Origin: a virus
Taxonomy: Duplodnaviria; Caudoviricetes
DNA length: 64,000 nt
Reading direction: 5' to 3' (one strand)
Virus record (IMG/VR): IMGVR_UViG_3300036790_000196
Location: 975-64,974 of that record
This document shows, piece after piece, positions 54,476-63,393 of this stretch. Position 1 is the stretch's first letter. Each line of letters begins with the position of its first letter. The notes beneath the pieces were generated by a model that ran no database searches, was not told where the DNA came from, and saw only the letters and a list, made by a program, of their open reading frames with translations. A program made the position numbers and the translations under genes.

Positions 54476-56124
54476 TTGATCCAGTAGGCCGGCACGCGGC
54501 CTTCCAGCCACGCGCGCATATCGGCCTCGTATCTTTGTATCCCGCCGTGCGACCATAGCTCGGCACCGACTTCCCGCCTGCGGTCGTAGACGTACTGGTA
54601 GTTCGCCTCCTTGGGCAGCCCGTGCCTCACGCCGTCCGCGTCATGGTCGTAGTCCAGCATCGTGTACTCGCCAGAGAAGTGCCGGATGGCGACCGCGCCT
54701 AGCGTGGGAAATTCCGCGAAGCCTTGCGGAAACTCGTTGCGGCAGGAAAGCACGTAATCGTCGAACGGCATCTTCGTGTGCTTCTCGACCAGCTCCCGTG
54801 TCCGCTTGTACGTGTTCGCCATGTGGACCTGCGGGTGGCGCACCATCGTCTCCCACTCGGGAACGAGACCGCACGCCGCCGTGACCGTCCCCTTCCATAT
54901 CATGCGGTTGGGGTTCCTGACGCCGCAGACGGAGTAGAGTTCGCGCACGAGGAGCGGCCTGCCTCCCGGCGCAACATCCTCCGGCGTGAAGTTCCTCCAC
55001 GGCATGAAGTCCGCGTCGAGGTGCATCACGGCGTCGCAGGTCGGCATGATCTCGTCGGCGCGGCAGACTTGGATCTCATGTGCGAGCATCCCCTTGCCCG
55101 GCGCCTCATGGAACGTCTTTAAGGTCGCCCCGTCGCCCTCGACCCACGCGAAGATTTCGCGGTCCACGTCCGGCACCATGACGGTGACGCCGGTGAAGCC
55201 CTTAGCGTACTTGCGCACCCCCTGGAGGCTGTAGCGCAGGAACTCGACGTCGCGCCGGAAGGTGACGCAGAGGATGCCGATGCGAAGCTGACGTGGGGCG
55301 AGTATCTGCGCCCCAAAGAGCGCGGCCTTCTCCGCCTCGTAGGTCGCCTCGCCTATCGGCGCGTCGAGCGGGATGGGTTTATGATTCCTTTCCTCGTCCA
55401 GCGCGTCGAAGATCGTCCCGTCCTTGCATTGGTGGAACACCCAGCAGTCATGCGGCAGCACGCGGCGCAGGTTCTCCTTCGTGAACGGCTCCGGCCGCCA
55501 GACCTGCCGGATGGCCTTCGACTGGGCGGCCTGCGGGAAGGTCTCGTGGGCGCAAAGCGAGTCCCAGCCTATCTGCACGTTCGGTCCCGGCAGCGCGGCG
55601 AGGGACGGGGCGAGGGTGCGCCAGTTGGGGGGATATACGGCGACACCCGTCATGTGCGGGGTCGTCTGGCCCTCTATCACGAGGTCTCCGAGGAAGGGCT
55701 TGCCGCAGGCGTCGTACTCCTTCCTGAGCTCGTCCATCCAGCATCCGCCGATGACGGCGCAGTCGGCCTCGAGGTAGAGGAAGGCGTGGCCGGGAAGGAA
55801 CTGCTCCACGTACTCGGCCCCGGCCTTCCACATGGAGGACGGCGTGCCCCCGAAGTAGCCCTTCTCTGCCACGGCGGCGTCGCGCATGTGGCGGTTGGGG
55901 TGCCAGCGCGAGGCGTCGTTGAGCCGCCAGACCTGCGCGGGCGTGAGGTCTGAGGAGTGCAGGACGATGAGCGGGTAGTCGATATCGACCTGCGAGTACC
56001 ACGTCGTCCGCCCAAGGTGGCGCAGCATCTTGATGGCGAGATGCCAGTCCATCCGGCAGACGGGGACGACGACGGCGATGGGGGTCCGCACGGGCAGCAA
56101 AACGATGTCCTCCTCTTGGAGCAT
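54472..56124 (-). CDS. Two-domain glycosyltransferase-like protein
   Basis: Domain 1 FLYLEADC...HMTGVAVYP...GWD; domain 2 VTF.RD...L.....KY...HLDADF. Confidence 0.75.
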   Translation of the reverse strand: MLQEEDIVLLPVRTPIAVVVPVCRMDWHLAIKMLRHLGRTTWYSQVDIDYPLIVLHSSDLTPAQVWRLNDASRWHPNRHMRDAAVAEKGYFGGTPSSMWKAGAEYVEQFLPGHAFLYLEADCAVIGGCWMDELRKEYDACGKPFLGDLVIEGQTTPHMTGVAVYPPNWRTLAPSLAALPGPNVQIGWDSLCAHETFPQAAQSKAIRQVWRPEPFTKENLRRVLPHDCWVFHQCKDGTIFDALDEERNHKPIPLDAPIGEATYEAEKAALFGAQILAPRQLRIGILCVTFRRDVEFLRYSLQGVRKYAKGFTGVTVMVPDVDREIFAWVEGDGATLKTFHEAPGKGMLAHEIQVCRADEIMPTCDAVMHLDADFMPWRNFTPEDVAPGGRPLLVRELYSVCGVRNPNRMIWKGTVTAACGLVPEWETMVRHPQVHMANTYKRTRELVEKHTKMPFDDYVLSCRNEFPQGFAEFPTLGAVAIRHFSGEYTMLDYDHDADGVRHGLPKEANYQYVYDRRREVGAELWSHGGIQRYEADMRAWLEGRVPAYWIK

Positions 56125-56705
56125 CAGTCGGCCTTTACGGGGACTGCCTCAAGGGCGCGTTCCACCTCCGCGAGTTCCGCTGCGGATACCGGCGTCTCGT
56201 GCGCGGCGCGGTACTCGCGGATCATCTTCGCCCACGTGCGGCAGTATTGCACCACATTGGCGGCCACTGTTTGCGGGACCACGCCCTTGAATGGTTCCTT
56301 CACGGTGCGCTTCCACCAGAGGCTTCCCTCTGTCCTTTTCGTGACCCATCCGCAGCGGGCCACGACCTCAGGGTGGGAGAGGTACTCGAGCCCACGGTAG
56401 TCCTCGTAGCGGAACCCCGCGTCATGGAGTTTGGCGAAGATTTCGTGCTCGGGGCGTCCCGTCATGGGGCACACGAGTTCCGCCATGTTGACCCACGTTG
56501 CTTCGCGCTGCGGCAGGTGCTTGCTCAGGTCGTTGATGGCGCGGGAAAGCTGCGGGCGCGTGAGGTCGGTGATGCTTCTGGCGAGCATCCCGCAGTTGCA
56601 TTGGGATGGCCGCGTCCAATCGTAGTTGCCGGACTCGCGCTCGATGAAGTCGGCGCAGCGGTCAAGGTGTGTGGCGAGCGATAGGGGGCGGTCGGATACG
56701 TTCAT
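56124..56705 (-). CDS. Conserved hypothetical protein (Y.W....CNCG.LA)
   Basis: CNCG, CP.TG.P, LE.LS.P.V motifs. Confidence 0.75.
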   Translation of the reverse strand: MNVSDRPLSLATHLDRCADFIERESGNYDWTRPSQCNCGMLARSITDLTRPQLSRAINDLSKHLPQREATWVNMAELVCPMTGRPEHEIFAKLHDAGFRYEDYRGLEYLSHPEVVARCGWVTKRTEGSLWWKRTVKEPFKGVVPQTVAANVVQYCRTWAKMIREYRAAHETPVSAAELAEVERALEAVPVKAD

Positions 56706-56706
56706 T

Positions 56707-57042
56707 TTATTTATGGGTTGAAATTGGTGTCAGCCTGTCCTCCCGGTACACGATTGTCCCGTCCCTGCGCGTCACGGTCAGGTTGGAGGGGGCGGCTTCG
56801 GCCAAGGAGCACAAGGCGCGAGCGCGGTTGCGCATCTTTATCGTGCGCCACCTCCCCACCTGATCCCCCGCGGGATTGTGCGCGTTGCGAAGGATCTGCT
56901 CGGCGGGGGACTGGTGCTTGGCCGCAAGATCACCAAAGGTGCTGCGCCCTATCACCCTGCCTTGCGGGTGCGCGTTCCGATACGACGCGAAGCGCCCGTT
57001 CAGCGGCATCGGCTCATCGGGGTTTATGACGGTGCGATTCAT
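56707..57042 (-). CDS. Hypothetical protein
   Basis: MNRTVINP..., ATGA overlap. Confidence 0.5.
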   Translation of the reverse strand: MNRTVINPDEPMPLNGRFASYRNAHPQGRVIGRSTFGDLAAKHQSPAEQILRNAHNPAGDQVGRWRTIKMRNRARALCSLAEAAPSNLTVTRRDGTIVYREDRLTPISTHK

Positions 57043-57208
57043 TCGTCCTTGTCGATCGGCCTCGTCACATCCGCGATCACGACGCCGATTGCGGCGAAGA
57101 CGCCCACCGGGAAGCCGAGGAGGACCGCGAAGAACGGCGCGTGGAACAGGTGCGCGATGCCGGCAACGGCTGCGACGGCGACCACGGCGATGATTGTGAT
57201 GCGCAGCA

Positions 57209-57520
57209 TCATAGCTTCTTTTGGCTATTAGGCGGTGACTTGATGTCGTCCAAGGCGGCTTGAGCAATGATGCCTTTGCCTATGTCGTAGGCTGAAATCA
57301 GCTTCACCAGCGCGACGGCTCGGCTGGCGTGAATAGCGCCCTGCGACCAGAGCACGCGGTCCACGGCGTTGATTACTCCCTCCAGAGACTCCTTGCGGCT
57401 TACGATTGCCTCTACCTGTGGCTCGATATACTCCATTGCTCGGAGACAGGTCATTTCTCCAGATTGGCACTTCATCAGAAGGTTGAACAGCTCCGAACGG
57501 TTCTGGATGTCGTAGCTCAT
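57209..57520 (-). CDS. Hypothetical protein
   Basis: MSYDIQNR..., ATGA overlap. Confidence 0.6.
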   Translation of the reverse strand: MSYDIQNRSELFNLLMKCQSGEMTCLRAMEYIEPQVEAIVSRKESLEGVINAVDRVLWSQGAIHASRAVALVKLISAYDIGKGIIAQAALDDIKSPPNSQKKL

Positions 57521-58080
57521 AGCTTCCTGAAATAATAAGACGTGCACCACGTCACATGCGGCCTCGTGTTTATACGCTCCGCGAAGTCGAGCACGGCGTT
57601 AAGCGCGTCCGAGTTGGCGTCGCGCTGGCGGGTGTAGAAATCATGGCCGGCCAGGATTCCGCCGGGGCGCACCTTGGGCCACCATGCGGCGATGTCGGCG
57701 GAGACGGCGGCGTAGGAATGGTTGCCGTCCAGATGGACGAGGGACAGCGAAGCGTCCTCGAAAAGCGGGGCGGCCTCAAGGGAGAGCATCCGGTGAAACG
57801 TCGCGTTTGGCAGGCGGTTCTTCGCCGTCCAGTACGCGCTCTCCAGGTGGGCCTGCGCGTTCTGGCTGTCGCGGTACACGTCCGCTGGCTGCTCGTGCCA
57901 TGGGTCGATCAGGTGGCAGTCGCCGCCCCATGCCCGGAAGTGCTGTTCCATTTCTGCGTGGAGCACGCCTATAAAGGCGATGGGCATATCCACGCCCACT
58001 TTACCGTAATGTAGAATCATCCATTCGGGCAGGTCGTCCCGGTGGTCGATCTCCCGCAGCGAAGGGTCGCAGGGGTTCAT
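57517..58080 (-). CDS. Class I SAM-dependent methyltransferase (glycan O-methyltransferase-like)
   Basis: IDPW, LVHLDGNHSY..V..DI..WWPKVRPGGILAGHD. Confidence 0.9.
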   Translation of the reverse strand: MNPCDPSLREIDHRDDLPEWMILHYGKVGVDMPIAFIGVLHAEMEQHFRAWGGDCHLIDPWHEQPADVYRDSQNAQAHLESAYWTAKNRLPNATFHRMLSLEAAPLFEDASLSLVHLDGNHSYAAVSADIAAWWPKVRPGGILAGHDFYTRQRDANSDALNAVLDFAERINTRPHVTWCTSYYFRKL

Positions 58081-58397
58081 GGCTTGCGCGTCTTGAGGAC
58101 GACTCCTTGGCGCACCTCGTCGCGGTATGAGATCAGTTCCTCCTTGCACAGATGCGTCATGACTAGATCGCTGTCCGGCAGGAAAGCCTCTCCCCCCTGG
58201 TGCTTAACGAGGGAAATGATTATGGAGAGTCCGGCGTCCCGGTCGCGCCTGACGGCCTCGGCGGTTGCGAGCGCCTGCTCAATGCGTCTCATCGGCGCTT
58301 GGTCGATCTCGGATTCTCGCATCATCCCGTCGAGGAACGCATCGCCCGCAGCGTCGTTCGAGGTCGCGGTTATGCCGCCTTTGAACGTGTGCTTCAC
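58077..58397 (-). CDS. Hypothetical protein
   Basis: GTGA overlap, KHTFKGG... Confidence 0.55.
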   Translation of the reverse strand: MKHTFKGGITATSNDAAGDAFLDGMMRESEIDQAPMRRIEQALATAEAVRRDRDAGLSIIISLVKHQGGEAFLPDSDLVMTHLCKEELISYRDEVRQGVVLKTRKP

Positions 58398-58645
58398 AGC
58401 CCCGGCTCCCCCGCGCCGAAGAACTTGGACAGCTTCGCGTACAGCCCCATCGACGGCAGGTTCTCCCCGCACTCGATGCCGTTGATCGTCTTGACCGAGA
58501 CCTCCATCGCCGCGGCAAGCTGCGTCTGGCTTATCTCGCGGCTCTCGCGGCGGATTCGCAGCTTCCTCCCGAGCCGGTTGCGGAACTTCGCAAGCTCTAT
58601 CGGCGAGCGGCTGGTCCATTCGCGGCGGCGCAGGAGGGGGGACAT
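58394..58645 (-). CDS. XRE-family HTH regulator
   Basis: LR..R....ISQTQLA....VS..TI..IE.G...PS. Confidence 0.9.
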   Translation of the reverse strand: MSPLLRRREWTSRSPIELAKFRNRLGRKLRIRRESREISQTQLAAAMEVSVKTINGIECGENLPSMGLYAKLSKFFGAGEPGL

Positions 58646-58652
58646 GCGGGCC

Positions 58653-58745
58653 ACTGTGCCGACGCGGCGACGCTGGTCAAGCCGGAATGTTTTCCGCGCG
58701 GGGTGCAACAATTTCGTTGACGGGGAAAAGTCCGCGTTGCATTCG
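58653..58745. promoter_or_regulatory. Back-to-back promoters (minus TTGACC-N16-CACAGT; plus TTGACG-N17-CATTCG)
   Basis: Shares GCTGGTCAAGCCGGAA and TTTCGTTGAC with the 37.3 kb divergent site. Confidence 0.6.
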
Positions 58746-58888
58746 TCGCATCAGCGCGGGCCTCCAGCCTCACAATATCGCCCGCGCTTTCTTCTAATGA
58801 TTCTCCCCTGCTCCTTGGCCCTGCCTTCGGCGCGTCGCCAGAAGACTTCGTGCGCGGAGCTTTGCCTTGGGGCAGGGGACCGTTTTTT

Positions 58889-61108
58889 ATGATCGAGCTC
58901 GACGATGCGCCACGGGACTATGACGCCTTCATAGCCTCTAAATCGAGGCGTCGGGTGGCGTCCGGCTTCGAGCCGCTGCCCATAAAAGCATCGCTTTTCG
59001 ACTGGCAGAGATCGGTCGTCCGGTGGGCTGTCCGCAACGGCTGCGCCGCCCTTTTCGAGGACTGCGGGCTCGGCAAGACGCTCCAGCAACTAGAGTGGGC
59101 GCGGCAAGTCGCGGCGCACACGAAATCTCCCGTCCTGATACTGACGCCGCTCTCGGTGGCGCACCAGACCGCCGCGGAGGCCGCTAAATTCGGCCTCAAA
59201 GCGAAGGTTGCGGCAGACCAGTCGGGGGTGAAGGGGCCGGGCATATGGATAACCAACTACGAGAAATTGGAGCACTTTGACGCCGACGAGTTTGCGGGGG
59301 TCGTCCTCGATGAGTCGTCCATCCTGAAATCCTTCACCGGAAAGACCCGCCAGGAGTTGACCCGGCTGTTCTCGCGCACCCCCTACCGCCTTTGCTGCAC
59401 GGCCACCCCCAGCCCGAACGATTACACGGAGTTTGGCCAGCACGCGGACTTCCTTGGGATATGCACGCCCGCACAGATGCTTGCGACCTTCTTCGTTAAC
59501 GACACGTTCAACACGGGCGACTGGCGGCTAAAGAAGCACGCCGAGGGCAAGTTCTGGGAATGGGTGGCGTCGTGGGCGTGCTGCGTCTCGCGTCCGTCCG
59601 ACATAGGCTTCCCGGACGAGGGATACGAACTGCCGCCACTCGCAATGCACCCCGAGATCGTGCACGTCGATGAGAGCACGAACGCAGGGGACGAGCTGTT
59701 CCGCCACGCGACCCTATCGGCCACGACCATGCACAAGGAGATGCGGGCCACCAGCGAGGCTCGCGCCAAACGGGTGTCCGAACTCGTAGCATCGAAGCCA
59801 TGCGAACAGTGGCTCGTTTGGTGCAACACGAATGACGAGGCCGACAAATTGGCCGCGCTCATGCCGGAGGCGGTCGAGGTGCGAGGGAGCGACACGGCGA
59901 ACAAGAAGGAGCATGCCGTCGATGGATTCCTCGATGGGTCGATTCGCGTACTCGTTTCCAAGCCGTCGATCGCCGGGTATGGGCTAAACCTGCAATGCTG
60001 CTCCCACATGGCTTTTGTCGGGCTCTCCTATTCGTTCGAGGACCTCTACCAAGCCCTTCGCCGGTGCTACCGCTTCGGCCAGAAGCGCCCGGTGCACGCC
60101 CACATAATACAGGCCCAAACCGAGGGGGCCATAACGCGCTCCATCGAGCGCAAGATCGAACAGCACAAGAATATGCAGACTGAAATGAAAAAGGCGTCCG
60201 CGGTATTCGCCGAGAACCGTATCAAGGAACTGTCAGTCAACACAGCGATAGGCATTGCTGAGGCGCCGGGGTGGAAGATGGCGCACGCCGACTGCGTGCG
60301 GTTCGCCCGCACGATCCCCGACGAGTCGATCGACTTCACGATCTTCTCCCCTCCATTCCCAGACCTGTTCGTCTATTCGGACGACCTGCAGGACATGGGC
60401 AACTGCGCCGGGCTGGACGAGTTCACCCAGCACTTTGAACTCCTCGTTGCCGAGATGGCCCGCATCTGCGTGCCGGGCCGCGAGATTGCCGTCCACTGCG
60501 TGGACCTCCTCTCGACCAAGTGGAAGCATGGCAAGATCCAGTTCCAGGACTTCCCGGGCGAGATCGTGCGCGCCTTCTGGCGCAAGGGATTCCTCTTTCA
60601 CTCCCGGATCACGATATGGAAGTCGCCCGTGACCGAGATGCAGCGCACCAAGGCGCACGGACTCCTGTTCAAGACCCTGAAAGCCGATTCGACGGACTCA
60701 CGGGTGGGGGCGCCGGACTATCTCCTTGTGTTCCGCAAGCCCGGGGAGAACCCGAGACCCGTCACAAAGGACCCGTCGCAATTCCCTGTCGATTGGTGGC
60801 AGGAGGTGGCATCGCCCGTCTGGATGACGGTGGACCAAGGGCGCGTCCTGAACGGAGAGGGGGCGCGGGAGCAGGCCGACGAGCGCCACATATGCCCGCT
60901 GCAGCTGGACGTGATTGACCGCGCCGTGACGCTTTGGAGCAATCCGGGCGACCTCGTATATTCTCCGTTTGCCGGGATCGGTAGCGAGGGATACGGCGCG
61001 CTGAAACTCGGGCGCAAATTCGTGGGCTCGGAACTCAAAAAAAGCTATTTTGAGCAAGCGTGCCTCAACATGAAGAACGCGCTCTCGCAGCAGGAAATGT
61101 TCACATGA
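58889..61108 (+). CDS. SNF2-like helicase fused to N4/N6 DNA methyltransferase
   Basis: DCGLGKT, DESS, TATP, YQA.RR.YRFGQ; then FSPPF, HICPLQ, SPFAGIGS. Confidence 0.93.
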   Translation: MIELDDAPRDYDAFIASKSRRRVASGFEPLPIKASLFDWQRSVVRWAVRNGCAALFEDCGLGKTLQQLEWARQVAAHTKSPVLILTPLSVAHQTAAEAAKFGLKAKVAADQSGVKGPGIWITNYEKLEHFDADEFAGVVLDESSILKSFTGKTRQELTRLFSRTPYRLCCTATPSPNDYTEFGQHADFLGICTPAQMLATFFVNDTFNTGDWRLKKHAEGKFWEWVASWACCVSRPSDIGFPDEGYELPPLAMHPEIVHVDESTNAGDELFRHATLSATTMHKEMRATSEARAKRVSELVASKPCEQWLVWCNTNDEADKLAALMPEAVEVRGSDTANKKEHAVDGFLDGSIRVLVSKPSIAGYGLNLQCCSHMAFVGLSYSFEDLYQALRRCYRFGQKRPVHAHIIQAQTEGAITRSIERKIEQHKNMQTEMKKASAVFAENRIKELSVNTAIGIAEAPGWKMAHADCVRFARTIPDESIDFTIFSPPFPDLFVYSDDLQDMGNCAGLDEFTQHFELLVAEMARICVPGREIAVHCVDLLSTKWKHGKIQFQDFPGEIVRAFWRKGFLFHSRITIWKSPVTEMQRTKAHGLLFKTLKADSTDSRVGAPDYLLVFRKPGENPRPVTKDPSQFPVDWWQEVASPVWMTVDQGRVLNGEGAREQADERHICPLQLDVIDRAVTLWSNPGDLVYSPFAGIGSEGYGALKLGRKFVGSELKKSYFEQACLNMKNALSQQEMFT

Positions 61109-62778
61109 TCGAGCTCGACCCTGACGACCCCCCGCAGGCCGCGCCGGCCCCGGCGAAGGCGGTGGTGAAGGTGCCGCAGGAGCCGACGCCGCAGGAGATA
61201 GCGGAGGCGTTCCCGGAGGAGGGGGCCGTGCACGTCCCGGCGGTGCACGGGAGGAACGGGGCGGGGGATGCGCCGCAAGGGTCGGGCGCCGAGCAGAGGC
61301 TCGTCTCGTCCTGCATGACCGACATCGAGGGCAACTTCTGGCCGAGGGCGCGGCACCTGCCGCTCGAGGCGTTCCATGACCCGCACGCGAGGTCCATCTG
61401 GAAGGCGATGCAGGCCGGGCTTCGGTTCTCGGCCGACGAGGCGGCGTTCGAGAAGGCCACCGGGCTCACGGCGGACGACATCCTGCGCGTCCAGGTGTCG
61501 GGCGGGCTCGGGCTCGGCTTCAAGGAGTGGTACGCGGAGGTCGACGGGCGCTGGGCCGCGGCCGAGAAGGAGAGGCTTGGCCTGGAGCTCTCGAAATGCC
61601 CTGACGGCGCGCTTCGCGGGGTCGCCTCGAGGATCGAGGCCCTTCGCAGCCGAAATGAGGAATACCCCGCCACCCCGCTCCCGAGGTTCGGGGTCCCGGA
61701 CCCGGCCGACAAGTCCGTCCTCCTTGGCGACCGGTATCTCAACCGCGGGGACGGGATGGTGCTCTCCAGCACGTCGGGGATGGGCAAGTCGTCGATCGCC
61801 CTCCAGCAGGCCGTGTGCTACGCCCTTGGCCGACCCTTCATGGGGATACGGCCCAACGGCCCCCTGCGCTCGCTCGTCGTGCAGGCCGAGGACTCGGACG
61901 GGGACATCGGCGAGGTATGGGAGTCCCTTCGCCACATGATGCATCTCTCCCCGGCGGAGGAGGCGCTGGTGGAGGAGAGGGTCCTCATCGTCACGGAGCG
62001 GGTGAGGCGCGGGCATTCGTTCATCGACGCCCTGAGGAGATTGATCGCCCGCCACAAGCCGGACCTCGTGTGGGTGAACCCCCTCCAGGCGTACATCGAG
62101 GGGGACGTGACGGACGGTCGGGATCTCGGGGATTTCCTGCGGGCGGGACTCAACAGCCTGAATGAGCCGGCGAGCTTCGCCTTCGTCCTCGTCCACCATA
62201 CGACCAAGCCCGCGACCGGCAAGGAGAGGGCCGAGCGCCTCTGGCACGAGGTCATGTACGACATGGCTGGGGGCGCAGAGATCATCAACTGGGCCCGGGC
62301 GATAATGAGCCTGCGGGCGGCGGGACAGAAGGGGGAGTTCACGCTTGTCCTCGCCAAGCGCGGCAACAGGGCGGGGGTCACGCGCGAGGTCCCCCAGGGG
62401 GCCGGCGTCAGGGACGAGATAGTGACCTCCATCTACCTTAAGCACTCGGAGGAGCTGATCGAGCTGCCGGGCAGGAAGAAGCGCCTTCGGGCGATCTTCT
62501 GGGAGCCGCGCACCCCCGACGCAGAGGAGACCACAAAGGCCGGCGCCGGCAAGGGTGCGGGCGCGCCGCGGCAGTTCTCCTTCGCCACCTACAAGGACGC
62601 CTTCCCGAAGGCCGAGGAGGCTGCAACCGGGTTCCGACGCATCCACGCCGTGGCCAGGGACATGAAGCCCATAGGCGTCAGCGCCTTCTACAGCGTGATC
62701 GACGACGCGGTTCAGGCCGGGGCGCTCGGGGTGTCGAAGGACGATCGCGGCAGGCCGAGGTATTGGCTCAAGGCATGA
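61105..62778 (+). CDS. RepA-like (AAA_25/RecA-fold) replicative helicase
   Basis: SGMGKS Walker A, QAED, VHHT.K, WARA motifs; C-terminal wHTH-like region. Confidence 0.88.
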   Translation: MIELDPDDPPQAAPAPAKAVVKVPQEPTPQEIAEAFPEEGAVHVPAVHGRNGAGDAPQGSGAEQRLVSSCMTDIEGNFWPRARHLPLEAFHDPHARSIWKAMQAGLRFSADEAAFEKATGLTADDILRVQVSGGLGLGFKEWYAEVDGRWAAAEKERLGLELSKCPDGALRGVASRIEALRSRNEEYPATPLPRFGVPDPADKSVLLGDRYLNRGDGMVLSSTSGMGKSSIALQQAVCYALGRPFMGIRPNGPLRSLVVQAEDSDGDIGEVWESLRHMMHLSPAEEALVEERVLIVTERVRRGHSFIDALRRLIARHKPDLVWVNPLQAYIEGDVTDGRDLGDFLRAGLNSLNEPASFAFVLVHHTTKPATGKERAERLWHEVMYDMAGGAEIINWARAIMSLRAAGQKGEFTLVLAKRGNRAGVTREVPQGAGVRDEIVTSIYLKHSEELIELPGRKKRLRAIFWEPRTPDAEETTKAGAGKGAGAPRQFSFATYKDAFPKAEEAATGFRRIHAVARDMKPIGVSAFYSVIDDAVQAGALGVSKDDRGRPRYWLKA

Positions 62779-62968
62779 TGGCAGGCGGGATAACGATCAG
62801 GTGCGTCGCCTGCTCGCCCAGATGGAGCGCGCGAAGTCGAACATCGACCCGGTGGGGACAAGGACAGTCCTCATGACCTGCGCAAGGTGCACGACGAAGA
62901 AGGCGACGGTGTACGACATGACGTTCCTGGACGGCGCCGGAAATGATCTTGAGGCGCCGGCATCCTAG
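62775..62968 (+). pseudogene. Possibly frameshifted small CxxC...CxxC gene
   Basis: MMAGGITIRCVAC in one frame continues as AQMERAK...CARC in another; 194 nt (one base short). Confidence 0.4.
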
Positions 62969-62971
62969 GCC

Positions 62972-63190
62972 CTACGGGACCGACGCACCCCGCCACTTCC
63001 TCGTCTCGCGGTCGAAGACAATCGCCCCAGTGTCCTTCGCACGCTCAAAGACGTACAGCTTCATCCCGGGCTGCGCGACCAACCATTTGACGACCTCGCT
63101 TTGGTTTATGTCAAAAAGGAGGGCGTCCGGATCGTTGTGGAAAAGGGGCGGCATATTGGCCGCCTCGGCCTTCATTGCCTTCAAACTCAT
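62972..63190 (-). CDS. Hypothetical protein
   Basis: MPPL.H.....FDI..SEVV.WL..QP...I.FD.....W.G. Confidence 0.7.
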   Translation of the reverse strand: MSLKAMKAEAANMPPLFHNDPDALLFDINQSEVVKWLVAQPGMKLYVFERAKDTGAIVFDRETRKWRGASVP

Positions 63191-63230
63191 GGTGACTTTG
63201 GGGGTATATGACAACGCAAGTCTGTCAAGG

Positions 63231-63393
63231 ATGTTCTGGTGTTCTATAATTGGTGTTCTGGAACGTCAGAACGAGAGTGTTCTGGAATTGGTGTTCTGCT
63301 TTCCCCATGGAAAGGGGAGAAGCAGAACAGAACATACCCAATTTCCAGAACATCACGTTCTCGGTGGGCGCATTTCAGAACAGAACGCAGAAC
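63231..63393. repeat. Inverted array of GTTCTG/CAGAAC iterons; candidate replication origin
   Basis: GTTCTG at 63233, 63255, 63279, 63293; CAGAAC at 63323, 63328, 63346, 63376, 63381, 63388; central hairpin. Confidence 0.7.

Noticed and set aside
1042-62834. 27-bp repeat as attL/attR of a prophage
   Set aside because: Phage-type sequence continues outside both copies and no integrase is present
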